A DNA stretch of 64,000 nt from the human T2T-CHM13v2.0 reference genome, Homo sapiens: NCBI RefSeq assembly GCF_009914755.1, contig NC_060929.1; one strand, 5' to 3'. A program made the translations under genes and the position numbers. Below the pieces are notes generated by a model. That model did no database searches, was not told where the DNA came from, and was given only the letters and a program-made list of their open reading frames with translations. This document shows positions 29,526-43,000 of this stretch, in pieces. Numbering within the stretch: the first letter of the stretch is position 1; every line of letters begins with the position of its first letter.

Positions 29526-30467
29526 TCCTTTTATTGGGGCACTATAGTATATGAAATAGATCATCAAGAAGTAATTGAGGTGCTTCCAGAATTTCCTGAA
29601 CAATGAAATTAACAAGCACTGTTGGTAAATAATAAAAATGCTGGATTAATTTGAAAAAAAAAAAAAAGTACTAGAATGTTTCTATTCAGGCCGCACCTGA
29701 AAATGTGCTACTTATACTAATTAAAAATCCTCAGGCAAGAGACAACTGTGCCCAATTTTCAAGTTTTTTGTTTTGTTTTGTTTTTTCGTTTTGTTAATTG
29801 TTGACCACGTCCTGAGTTCAGAGCGAATCCTCTGGGTGTTTAATAGGAAACAGATAATTTCTTTCTGAACCTAGCCTACACAAAGAAATCCAAAAGCGTG
29901 ACGAAGTGTGTGCTCTCCCCCTTCCCCTCATGGAATTAACTTTGTAGGACCACCTGGCCAGTGAGGCACCCAGATAGGAAACTTTTAATTTGCGTCAACA
30001 GAGGTGCTTTATCTGAATAAAACCCAGCCAGAGCCAGAGCGAAGGGGAGAGAGAGAATTGCTGACCAGAAGAACAGGAGAAGCAGGGAGGGAAGTGACCT
30101 TAAGAACACACACGGCCCGCGCATCCCACCCCACCAGAGTCTTTAACCCAAAGCCTCTGGGTTTCTCTAGCAGCTATGGGCAGGTGCCCTCCTCAGCCCG
30201 AGCCAGCTGCCCGCCCCACCCCGCCTTTTGGCCTCGCGCGGGCGTCGGTGGCCTGCAGGACTGGCAGGCATCCAGGCGCCAGGCGGAGCGCTGAGGGAGG
30301 CTCCCGCCGGCCGAACAGCGGGGAGACCCGTGAAGCAGGCGCACCGGCCACGCGCCCGGAGGGACAGGGACAGGGACCGGCAGGGGTGGGCCCGCCGCCA
30401 ACCCGCCGGGCACCCCGCGGACTCGGGCCTAGCCAGCGACTCCCCCCGCCCTTCCCGCGCCCTGTCT

Positions 30468-30559
30468 CGCGCCCCGTCGCCTTCCTCCCGCGCCCCGTCG
30501 CCTTCCTCCCGCGCCCCGTCTCCTTCCTCCCGTGCCCCGTCTCCCTCCTCCCGTGCCCC
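30468..30559. repeat. 21-bp GC-rich minisatellite, ~4.4 copies
   Basis: Unit CG(C/T)GCCCCGTC(G/T)CC(T/C)TCCTCC in tandem. Confidence 0.9.
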
Positions 30560-30658
30560 AGGCCCTCAGCCCCCCACTTGACGGGCGCAGGGAAGGGGCG
30601 GGTGCCGCGCTCTCCTCCCGGCCCGCAGTCCCCTACCCGCGGCTCGAGCGCGCTGTAC

Positions 30659-30744
30659 CTGGGGTTCTGGGGCCGCCCTCACCCTTGCGCCGCCGCCACC
30701 ACCACTGCCGCCGGCCTAGCTCCCCCAGGACCGAAAGTGAAAGT
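30659..30744 (-). other. ERAP1: ERAP1 non-coding exon 1 (5' end approximate)
   Basis: Lies in the CpG island. Candidate donor CAG|GTACAG at 30659 fits my recollection of the mRNA 5' UTR. Other donor-like sites lie near 30683 and 30637. Confidence 0.7.
30733..30744 (+). promoter_or_regulatory. ISRE / IRF-E element
   Basis: GAAAGTGAAAGT matches the IRF1/IRF2 consensus GAAANNGAAA; ERAP1 is a known interferon-inducible gene. Confidence 0.8.
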
Positions 30745-30807
30745 GGAGCCCGGGGAGCGGCAGGCTGGCGCTGAGCGGCGCTTCGGCCCGAGCCCTAGCG
30801 GCAGGCG

Positions 30808-30817
30808 GGGAAGCCCC
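30808..30817 (-). promoter_or_regulatory. NF-kB-like site
   Basis: Minus strand GGGGCTTCCC fits GGGRNYYYCC, ~65 bp upstream of the ISRE. Confidence 0.6.
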
Positions 30818-30983
30818 TGGCTAAGGCGGGAGCTGGGGAAAGGGTAAACGGGAGTGGGGCCGAGCGAGGGAAGCCGCAACTCCCAGGAAGGGAATTGGTA
30901 AATGAGCGCTGCACGCCGGGGAAGCTGCGAGGTTGCGATGTGGGGGATCAGGCGTAGGAAGTGCACGCCTTTCTGAACGCGGA

Positions 30984-30986
<3 letters not shown>

Positions 30987-31034
<48 letters not shown>
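30987..31034. repeat. (GT)24 microsatellite
   Basis: 48 bp of uninterrupted GT. Confidence 0.97.
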
Positions 31035-31035
<1 letters not shown>

Positions 31036-31594
31036 GAGATGCTTTTTGTTTTTGTCTTTTTTTTTTTTTCACTGTTTAGCGTTGCGAGGGTTAGGGGCAT
31101 GCAGGAAAGGGCCGGTGCTCAAGTTGGGGACCGAAGCCAGGCAGGCGCTGACAAGTCCACCAAGCCTAGACGCGTTCGACGCCCATTGGACTCGCTGGGT
31201 GTCCGTCATCTCGCCACTGCCAGTGGGCTGAGAGCTCTTGGCCCGCCTCGGAAAGAAACATGAACCCAGTACTCTGTCGTGGCAAAGTGCCGCACCTTCT
31301 GGGGCTTCGGTAGAGAATGACTACAGTGGGAGATGCTGTAGAGGAGGAAGGTGGGTTAGAGGTGGCCCCCAGGACTTTCCTGCACTACCAAGGGCCACTG
31401 TACCCCAAGGATTAGCTGCTTCCCGCATCAACACGTTCCCTCTGATTTTTCAAAGTAAATGACCATTTCTTCACTCCCCTTAGAACAATTAAAGCTGAAT
31501 AAAATGGCCAAAAAGACCATCTTTAAACAGTTGAGGCTAAATGAGGTAACAAGTCAAGAAAACACAAACATTAAAACACCAAATGCTACAAGTT

Positions 31595-32140
31595 TATTAC
31601 CGAAAATGGGTCCCGATCCAGACCCCAAGAGAGGGTTCTTGGATTTTGCGCAAGAAAGAATTTGAGGGGAGTCCATGGAGTAAAGTGAAAGCAAGTAATT
31701 AAGAAACTAAAGGAATAAAAGAATGGCTACTCATAGGCAGAGCACCCCCAAGGGCTGTTGGTTGTCCATTTTTAGGGTTATTTCTTGATTATATGCTAAG
31801 CGGGGGAAATTATTCATGCCTCCCCTTTTTAGACCATATAGGATAGCTTCCCGACGTTGCAGTGGCATTTGTAAACTGTCATGGAGCTGGTGAGACCGTA
31901 GCAGTGACGACCAGAGGACACTCTCATTGCCATCCTGGTTTTGGTGGGTTTTGGCCAGCTTCCTTACTGCAACCTGTTTTATCAGCAAGGTCTTTATGAC
32001 CTGTGTCTTGTGCCTACCTTCTATCTCATTCTGTGACTTAGAATGTCTAACCTCCTGGGAGTGTAGCCCAGTAGGTCTCAGCCTTATTTTACCCAGCTCC
32101 TATTCAAGATGGAGTTGCTCTGGTTCAAACGTCTCTGATA
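31595..32140 (-). mobile_element. ERV1 solo LTR, MER41 family (MER41A-type)
   Basis: Minus strand begins TATCAGAGACGTTTGAACCAGAGCAACTCCATCTTGAATAGG and ends GGATCGGGACCCATTTTCGGTAATA; ~546 bp. Confidence 0.85.
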
Positions 32141-35100
32141 ATTTGGTGAGTGGACCATGGTCCTAGTGGGAACAGGACCCTTTTCATGCGGTTCTCAGAC
32201 TTTCTTCTCCCACTTCTTTATTGGCCTTCTTCCCTTTGAGAACTGGGGATTCCAAGTCACTGCAACAGTATTTCTCTTTTTTTTTCAATATTATGTTTCC
32301 TTTTTAAAAATATAATGTTTCATACTGCCTATTATCTCTAGTCAAGGACATTTTATAATATAAAGATTAACACCCTGTTCCAAGACTCAACTACGGTGGG
32401 ATCCAGGGAAGTTTTTTTCACTAAAATTCAACAAGAAATGAGGACTTTGAGATCTGGTAATTTCTGCATGTTCAGAATTTGACAGGAGGTATCAATGGAT
32501 AGCGTGTAGCCTCCAAGACCTCCAGACATCTCGGAGTGCTCCCAGTTTACTCAAGATGAGACCTCTTTGTCCAGTAAATGTATGCATTTCTTTGCTTTTA
32601 TATTTATATTTTTGAATATGATGGTTTTCCTTTGGCTTCTAGTAAAGTTTTTTTGTTTTTGTTTTTGTTTTTTGTTTATGTGTCTTTTTAAATACATATT
32701 GAAAGTCCAGCTGGCAGAACTGAATGCACCCAACAGGCTGGAGGTTAATACAGAAGACAGCTGAGGAGACAAACAGGGCAATGCCCTGAATGGATGTGGG
32801 CAGAAAGGAGCTGAAGTGTAGGCGAGGAGAGAGCTGACACCACCACCCGCTCCACGCCGTTTCCCCAAAAGCTCACCCTGACTCAGACTTTAGCCTGTCG
32901 CCCTGGCCGTGATTTCGTCTTTAGAGTTGAAGTGCACTACAAAGAGCGATAAGTCAGAGGATTTGGCAGCATTCACTTCTAGTTTCAAAGCCCTAGCAGG
33001 GATGTAGAGGACACAGACCTTGGAGTAAGGACTTTAAGGAGTCCTAGTTCTAGAGCCTGTGAGATCAAAACAGCACATTACCGAGCTTAGAAATGGTTAG
33101 AAGGAAGGGAACAGAGAGAAAGGGTACCTAGGTTTATTGATTCCCTACCAACTGTTAGATACTGTTAAATGCTAGCTATGTGTGCATGTGTGTGTTTATA
33201 ATTTGATCTCTTCAGCAACCCTGTAATGTAGATATTATGCTTTATAGATGAGAAAAATGAGACAGGTCGGCAACTTGCTCAGAGTCAAAGAGAAAACACA
33301 CACTAATTCTACTCACATTGCATTGGCCAGAACAAGGAGGGGTTGGTAAACACTAATATTGTATACCATATAGTGTAGGAGGGCTGGTTGGCCGGTTGAG
33401 CCCATCCATTGCAGAGGCTTCTCAGTGTCCTTAGTCCCAGAGGTGAGCCAGAGGAATGAGGAGAATTTCAGGCCTAGGCCAATGAAATACATACCACTTT
33501 GAGCTATTACTGATCTAATTAAAAAATATTGAATTCTAGATATTGTCAAGTGATGTTCAATTTTGCTGTAATTGATTGATTCAGTTCTGCTTTCATTAGC
33601 TTTTAGTCAATTAATGTCAGCGTTTGGCTCATTTCTTCTGTTTTGCTGCCAAAGCTGCTCCTATTTTAATCATATTACCACTCTCCTTTTTGATGTAAAA
33701 TCTCATCCAGAATCATGGTGTAGAAAACAGACAAAAGCAGGCCTGCTCTTATTAAACAGGGCAGCTCCACCCAGTCAGCCTTGCCCACTGCTATCCGGCC
33801 CTTCCACACACATTGTGGTCCTTGAGACTCTTCCATAGGCTCCCAGGGCCTTAGAACTTAATTTTTTTAAATGCCAATTTAAAAAAAAATAATAATGCCC
33901 CTCATTCTTGATATTCTTGATAAAGAGGATGACTTTTTTCCCCCTCTGTGCCAAGTTGCAGAGCAGGCTTGCTTAACAAAAGCAATACCATCTTATTAAT
34001 AATCAGAAACAGGGAAGACGGTACAGATGCCATGTTAAAGACTGTTCCAAAACAGGCCACTGAGCTCATATCAAATAATAAAGTCCTCTGAAATGTGGCA
34101 GCTTGAAAGCATTTACATATAGTCTATCTCATGGGATCCTCACATTGTACTTATGCAGGTGGCTAGTAGCTCCATTTTTCTAGAATGAGGAAACAGGATT
34201 AGAGATGTGAAGTGACCTACCAGGGGCCACCACATGGAAAAAGCCTGCTTTAAAGTGAAGCCAGTTCAAAGGACAGCAGGGCTGACAGAGACAGAGAATA
34301 CCTCCACTAAAGCCCTCAGCTCCAGCTGTCCTGAGCAAATCCTGTCCTTAGACCTTCCATTCAAGAGGACCAATGCTTTCCTTTTTGATTTAGCCAGTTG
34401 GAGTCAGTCTTCAGAGAGAGTCCTGTATTACCATACAACAGAGCACTATGGGAGCGAGCAATGTATGCCAGATTCTGTAGGAACAACTCAAGCAAGTTGA
34501 GTGACCACAGCTGCCCTTGAACTTCTAGAATTGTGGATCCTGAAGAACATTCTAGGTGCCACGAGGACTGATCACATGTTTCCCATTTTCCCTCCCTCAG
34601 GCATTTATTTCACAAGATACTGCTGTCTAAGGTAACCTGAGCATGTTTCCAGTTCTTGCAGCCTTACAGAACCCAGGGAATCCACCTGTCTCCAACCTTC
34701 CTCAGTAGGTGACAGGCCCATCTAACTGCTCTCTAGCCAGTCTTCTGTATTCCTGTTGCTTTTACCTTTGCTCGTGTCAACAAGGAGGTAAGTCACCATG
34801 ACATATTTCTTAAATTTGTATTTCTTTCATCACTAATGAGACTGAACATATGCACTGAACATATGTTAATTAGCCGTTTTTGCTTTGTGTTTTCTCTTTT
34901 GAGAATTATATGTTTATGTTTCTTGTCCATTTATCTACTGGAGAATCACAATTCAGTTATATAAAAATTATCTATGACACACAAGAGAAAGCAATGAAAT
35001 TTCTTTAAAATGCAAAGTGTCATAGTCAGTAAAGCTCTACTATTTCAAAGAAAACCCACAAATGTGTCTGGATAAATCATGTCAATTTCTTAAAAACCCA

Positions 35101-36145
35101 GATCTATACCCGTTATGGTGAGTTGTTTGAAATATCAGAATTTACTAGATATTGTCAATATGAACAGATTAAAGCAAACCTTTGTTTAGGAGGCTTTATT
35201 TTATTTATGGCTCCCTCTGCCACAGCTATTTCACAAAGAAAGAATGAATTATCCAGCCAGGAGTGAACATGATCTTTGCATATGCCTAAAGGAATGATAA
35301 AAATATTGGGATGAAAAATATGTAGATTTGTTTATTGTTATTTTTTGAGGGACCATGGTGTTATGCTACTAACTGTCTTGCCTTAGCTATAATGAATATC
35401 TGTTGCAATAACTAAACATGGGAAAAATAACTTTTTAAAACCTTAGTTTCTAGAAGGTTAATGGATTTTATTATATTGAAATTAAATGAGCTATGATACA
35501 AAGGAGAAAAGGAAAGAAACGAATAACTTTCTCAATGAAGTTCTGTAAAGTATATACAATTGGGGCCTGAAAAGAGAAACTCATTTATGCTCATCCATAC
35601 ATGGCAGTGTGAAATTGACAGAGTTTGGCTTAAGTGAAGTCTGTGGTTCTAGGAATGCTTGCAATTTATTGGAAAATTAGATTGTGATTATGGAAGAAAT
35701 GACTCAAGTGGTCTTCAGGCCACCACAGCCTTTCTTTTTTTTCTTTCCCAACCCTTCCTAAGAGACAGTTCTCCTTATCTCATTTAAACTTATGGGTTTG
35801 AACTAAGTGGTGGGAAGTGGAAGAAAGAGACATTATCTTACCCCTATAAACCTACAACACTCCCTTGGCTACCCTGGTGCTTAGGAATGCTGACTTTATC
35901 TGTCCTTAAGAAGCTGTCTGGACCATAGGAGGAATGCTTGGTTTTATTTACAAAGCTGTCTAAAGGATGAACAAATGAAGTGTTTAGAGGCCCTTTGAGA
36001 CAAAGAAATACTAGCTATCAAATTGAAGAGAAGGGCAACAGGTTAGGCATAAACATTTTAAAATGCAAGATAATCTCTAAGCCTTTGAAAAATTTTAAGA
36101 GTAGTCTAATAGGCAGGTTTAGGGAAATAATTAAAATGACCTCTA

Positions 36146-36481
<336 letters not shown>

Positions 36482-36764
36482 TCATACACGAGGAAGATAA
36501 ACACCTTACCTTACTTGTTTAACAAACTGTAGTTAGCATTCTGTTATATCTAGCTAAAAGAAATTCTAAAAGATAGCCTTACAGATCAAGCCATAAAGAG
36601 CTAAATCATTTCAAATATGTGTTCTCGTGTTATAATGTTTTTTTAGTGAATCCAACTGTTATGGTATTTGTTTAGGAAGTTTTCCTTTTCACTTTTTACT
36701 ATCTTGTCTAAGAAAATGGCCCATTTCCTTCCTTTGGAGGAAAAGTGTCTCTTATTGTTAATTT

Positions 36765-37170
36765 TATTAGTTATCTATTATTGTGTATCAATAATACGAA
36801 CATATCAACTTAAAACAACACATTTATTAACTCACAGTTTCTGTGGGTTGGTAGTTTCTGTGGGCTGCAATCAAGATGATGACTGGAGCTGCAGTCTCAC
36901 CTGAGGCCCAGCAGAAGGGAAGGATCTGCTTCCAAGCTCACATCATTGTTCCAGCATTCCGTTCCTCATTGACTATCGGATTGAGAACCTCAGTGTTTTG
37001 CTGACTGTTTTCTGGAGGCTGCTCTCAGATATGACTAGTTCCTTGCCATATCCTATGGGTTAGAAGCAAGTCACAGGTTTCTCTCACACTAAAAGAAAGG
37101 AAATTATGCAAGAGAATGAATACCAGGAGGCAAGGATCATGGGGGCAACTTAGATTACGTCTGCCACACT
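36765..37170 (-). mobile_element. MaLR LTR (MLT1-like)
   Basis: aaaacaacacatttatt..ctcacagtttctgtggg...tctgcttccaagctcac...tctgccaca. Confidence 0.7.
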
Positions 37171-38156
37171 AATGTTACTGCACATTGAAGATATTTCTAC
37201 TATTATAATCTTAGGATTGGCATAGTCTGTGTTTTTGAGGCAGGGAAGGAGACATATATCAAAAAAATAACTGGTGAGTGGATAATTGGGAAGAAATTAC
37301 AGAAGTGACTAGATTCTAGAGACTAGAAAGATTTGGTTCTTCATTGAGCTGAAAATAGGAATATCTCCCAAATAAGAGATATTCATGAGAAATCAATGAT
37401 AGCTTTTTTCCTGATGGAAAAATGAATTAGCTTATGCTCATCAGAAGTGATGCCAAATTCAGGAGAAAGAAGGCAGCTGACATCCTGACCAACAAAGAGA
37501 CCAAGCCCCGATAACTGGATTTGAACATCGGTGAAGAAGATGATTAAAGGTAGAAAGAGCCTTTACAGTCTAGAGAAAATAGTATAGGCCCAATGGAAGC
37601 TCAAAGTTGAAGAGACTTTTAACAGAAAGACAAAGGAAAAGGTGTCCTTGGGACTAGGGGTCCGAGCAAGACCTGAATTATAAACTGAGCAGCCACAGAG
37701 AAGCACTACAGATGTAGCTGAGTTATCTAGGCCTAACACCAAATATTCTAGAAAGACCCAAAGTACTAACCAGCTCTGGCAGCAAGACCAGCCCATGTCT
37801 ACCTCTGCAGAACTTTGAGAATCTTTGGCTGATTTTTATTACCTAACTCCCTGTCCATAAGAGAAGGGAAAGAGACCAAGACTGAGTGGTTGGATCAGCC
37901 AAAGATGTCAAAATTAAACTTCAGTTAAATTAGCAAGAATTCTGGGCTTTTCTGTTTCTGTAGCATTGTGTTAGATTTGTTTTTTTCCTTGGTTTTCCAG
38001 TCCTGGTGGTAGATTGCTAAACTTTTATAAAATCTGTGTGAGTTTAGCATTCTGACTGTTCCCATTCTAAAAGATGAAAATAGAAAACTCAAAGTTTATG
38101 TCACTAATTTGATCTTTGTAAATGCACTGCTAAATAAAACACCCAAACTATTAAGG

Positions 38157-38484
<328 letters not shown>

Positions 38485-39104
38485 TTAAGGTGTTTTTAAT
38501 TCTTTTTTTTCTTTACTGTTTTTGTAAGCAGTAATTTATTAACAGATGCAATAAGTAAATTGAAGCAAAAAAATACATCACAATGCTTAAGAAACTTGCT
38601 TAACAGAAAAAAGATTCCTGAGCCACACTCTGAAAAATTCTGATACTGTAAATCTTGAGAGATAAATAGACACATATATGTATGTGTGGATAGACGGATG
38701 GATGGATAGATAAATGGAAAGATAGAGATCGAGATATAGCCTAAACTTCATGGCAAGTATAAGCTACTTTTGGGAATTTAGGGGAATAAAAAATTATTTT
38801 ATCACTGTTGTACTAGGAACAAAGCAGATTTTCCACACGTTAGCCAGAAAATGTAGGAGAATCAGTGAACCTCAAAGGGCCAGCACTAAAAACTGGGCAG
38901 CATCAGTATCAGTTTTGGATCCTAGAAAAACTATTGGAGATGATGCAAACAGAAGAGGGAAGAAAGGTAGACAGAGTCTGGACTCAGCTGCAGTGTGTTG
39001 ATGACTATCTGAATCATTCCCTTGCATTCTTTCTTAACGAATTATAAATGTGAAAATTGCACACTTGAAAATTAAAATATGGGTATGTACTGGAGGGAAA
39101 GCAC

Positions 39105-39726
39105 TGAGAGAGGAGTTAGGGGCTGGATAGGCAGATAGAGATGGAGGGTCTAGGGAGAAGGGACAGAAAGGAACAATGTTCACAGGAACAACTGCAGGAC
39201 AGCACCTACCCCGCCTCTGCAGCTAACAGGAAGAAATGTGGTTAAGAACTTGCCCTTATGCCAGGATGTTGCTCAGCAGGGACGGTCTCAACTTAGGCAC
39301 AGGTGCAACAAATCAACCTAAATGTCCTTAATTTGACCCAGCTCACTATAATGCCATTAACATAACATTAGCGTTGTGGTTTTAGGCACCTCCCACCATG
39401 GGTTTCACTTAGGCATTCAACCAGTTGGAGTCACTTTGGTCAACCTTAGGCATGCGTAGATGTAGTACCCCAGGAGGGAATTTTATCCCTCCCATGTGGA
39501 CAAAACCCACAGAAGACTTCCTGGCTTCTGCCACATAAAAGACACAGAACACAGACACCTTACTGGCAACCTGCTTTCAGGACCCCTCTCTTCGCTGAGA
39601 GCTTTCCTTTTGCTTAATAAATTTTACTCTGCCCTACTCACCCTCCATGTCTGTGTGCCTATTTTGCAGTTGTGAGATAAGACCCCGGACCTCACCAAAC
39701 TCCAGGGGCAAAAGCAGACTGCTACA
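39105..39726 (+). mobile_element. ERV1-class solo LTR (family uncertain)
   Basis: TG...CA termini, 4-bp TSD GCAC on both sides, CATAAAA box near 39534, AATAAA near 39615. Confidence 0.78.
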
Positions 39727-41644
39727 GCACCAGAGTGGCCATTCTGCTCGTGAGTTTTGGACTATACATTCTCAGTTGGCAAAACAGAGGAACTGTATAG
39801 TAAGGAATTAATAAGTGTTCATTGTTTAGAGAGTACAAACTCTAAGCAGAAAGGAGGATTACATCAACTAGGACACTTTTGAAAGAGAAAGTAAATGGTA
39901 ACCTAAAGACTTGGGGTTGGAGGGACGGGCAACCAGCATAAATCAAGTCTCCCCATGGGCAAAGCCAGGGAACACAGAAAGCCATTCCTGCTAGGCAGTC
40001 CCAGGGCACAGAGCAGGATAGAGAAGGGTGAGGAGTGGACCTATAGGGGCCAATGGAAGACCTCCAGCCTCAGCTTGTTGAACCACAGCAGGTGTTTCCT
40101 ATGGGTCTAACTAACCAAGCATCAGTTAGCAACTGTGATCATCTAATTCACCTGCTCATCAAAGCAATAAATAATGCCAACCTCATTTCATGTTTTGTAT
40201 CCATGCAATTACAAATAAGAAAAAGAAAAATAACACAATCAAAAAGATCAATGACATTTTAAAAACTAATTTCTATGTTGTGTCAGGGTTCAATGGCAGA
40301 GCACAGAATCACTAAGCTATTTAATCAGAAAAGGATTTATTGCAGGCTATTACATGACTTACATAATCATTGGGAAGGCTTAAAAAATACACTAGACTGA
40401 GCTTCCAGAAACAAATCGCAAAACCACAATGTAGAACTTGGCCACCAGTGAAACTGCTTCTCTTGCCATGATCCAGGAGCCATCTGCTAAATTGGGCAGC
40501 CTCTGCCACAATTGCTGGCTCCAGAACCATACCATGTGTGCCACAATCTTTCCCCACAAAATGAATAGCCCAAGAGCTGCCTGTCTCCCTACCGAACTCA
40601 ATTCCAAATTCAAGTCTCCCACCAGTGCTACTGTTTGGCAGAGCCTAAAGCACATCTAGAATCTAGGAGCAAGGAGTCTGGAAAATAAAGTGTTTGCTTT
40701 CCTGACTCTGCAGTGGTGTGAGAAATTCTGAAAAGCGTTTGGAAGAGATGCTGAGTGAGCCAGTCCCAATATCTGCAATAAATATTAAACTGTACTGAGG
40801 TTGAACAAATAAAAAAGAAATAAAGCAATCATGAGGAAGCCTCAAGTAATATTGATTGTAATTAAGAACAAAAAATAATAATTGAGGTACCAATCGTAGA
40901 TTTAGATTATGAAAGACACGGGGCACTTGGGAGTGAGATGAATATTTAACATTGTGACAGAAGCATATTGCCAAAAATCAAGTTATCATTTGGTATATTT
41001 GGAATGTCTCCAGGGGCTTTAAAACCCTTTTGCCTGCTCAACACGCCTCCCTTTCCTCCTGTAAATGAATAATCACACTGCTCAGGCTCAGTCTGAGATG
41101 AACACAACACCTCCACTCTCTGGCCACCGCGATGAGGCCAAGGGCAAAGCCAGTCCAAGCAGACTCCCAGCCCAGGATTGTTCTGGCTGAAGCTAACAGG
41201 GAAGCCTCTTTTTTTTTTTTCCTTTATGTTCCCAGCACTATATAAATATGGCCCTAGAGTTAATGGCTAAGTTCCCGCTATGGGTGATGGCTGAGAGAAT
41301 AACCCCAAAGAAGAAAGAAAAGGAGGCTAAGCTTGAGAGGCTTTTTTGTTGTGCAGGTTTTCTGAGTTCATCCTTAATTAAGGCCTGGGACTACCTCTTT
41401 CCTCCAGCTTTCTTCAACGCCCGAGGCATTCAGAATCCATGCCATAAATCCTCCCTCTTGGATAAAGATAGTTTTATTGCGGTGAGAATCAGTAGCGTTT
41501 AATTTTAAGAGTTGTAATAAACAAACCACAGTCTCAATCTTATAACCTGCTATTCCACTATTCACTTAAAGGAAGGTAGTGTCTTTTGTGTTCCATGAGA
41601 AAAGTGACATTTCTTTGCTTTCCCATACATTGAGGTCAACCTAA

Positions 41645-42005
<361 letters not shown>

Positions 42006-43000
42006 TGAACTGCATTTTCTAACCAACTGACTTTATTTCAGTGATTTTGTAACATCACTCAATTTCAGGTAAGTACTCTCTAAGAACAGCTTCATTTGTC
42101 AGAAGCCTCATGGACAGCTGCTACCACCATATCATCATGTTTTCATCCTACAGACAATCATCAGCGGTGTAGACTGGTGAGTTCCAGCTATTTCACTAAC
42201 AATGGGGAAGAACCAAAGAAAAATTGCTGTGAGAGGAGGAAGGCAGGAGAGCCTGTGGCTCCAGAGGGGTGTGTGTGTTTGTGTATGTGTGTTTGTGTGT
42301 GTGTGAGGGAGAGAGAGAAAATAAAATGTTTTCTACCAACAAAACTCAGGTGTGTTTCCTTTACTTGCCTTGAAGCTTCTTCAAAACTTGTTATACTGTA
42401 AGTTTGAAAAACCAAACACTTTTCCTAGGATTGTTTTTTTACGTACTAAGGACCAGATCAGATCAGCAATTAGAAGTATGACATACAAAATAATCACCCT
42501 CAAGGAAGGTTTAAATTAGGGATGAATTTCCAGTATTGACATGGATCTTTCCAAGCACCCTGCATATTCAGCACAGTATTCTAGTATTTTGTGAGTAAAG
42601 TCATTATTTCTTAGGACATCATCAAAAGATTGAGCGTGTAATAGACTTCAAGCACCTATGGATTTAATATTTACAATTTTGACTATTTGGGTGTGACCTG
42701 AAGGTCTAGCACTTGGGTAGTTTATAATTTTGCCGAGACGTAGGTTAGAGTTACATGAACAGATGCAAGAGAAGGAGTCACTTCACCCATATGTGGGCCA
42801 ATGACTCAGAATCCACATCCCAACCCAATTCTGTTGTTCTCCATTTGCCATCACAGGCATATTCACTTTCTCAAGTGATAAAATCTCAACGGAAACAGCA
42901 AAAAAAGCTTTAAAATTTCATGAACATTCTTGAAAGGATCTCTCAAAGTTCTAAAAATCATTTTACTGCATTTTATGGAAGAAAATATATACTCAAGTAT

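Larger units (their letters stand above)
30110..31310. promoter_or_regulatory. CpG-island promoter of ERAP1 with GC boxes
   Basis: Abrupt rise in GC and CpG density; GGGCGG/CCGCCC sites; ~4 kb upstream of the first coding exon. Confidence 0.93.

Noticed and set aside
30468-30559. CRISPR-like or prokaryotic system
   Set aside because: The DNA is eukaryotic, and the repeats are contiguous without unique spacers.
30004-31263. Long overlapping GC-rich ORFs (e.g. 30176-30847, 223 aa)
   Set aside because: Expected from stop-codon depletion in a CpG island plus the minisatellite and GT repeat; no recognisable domain.
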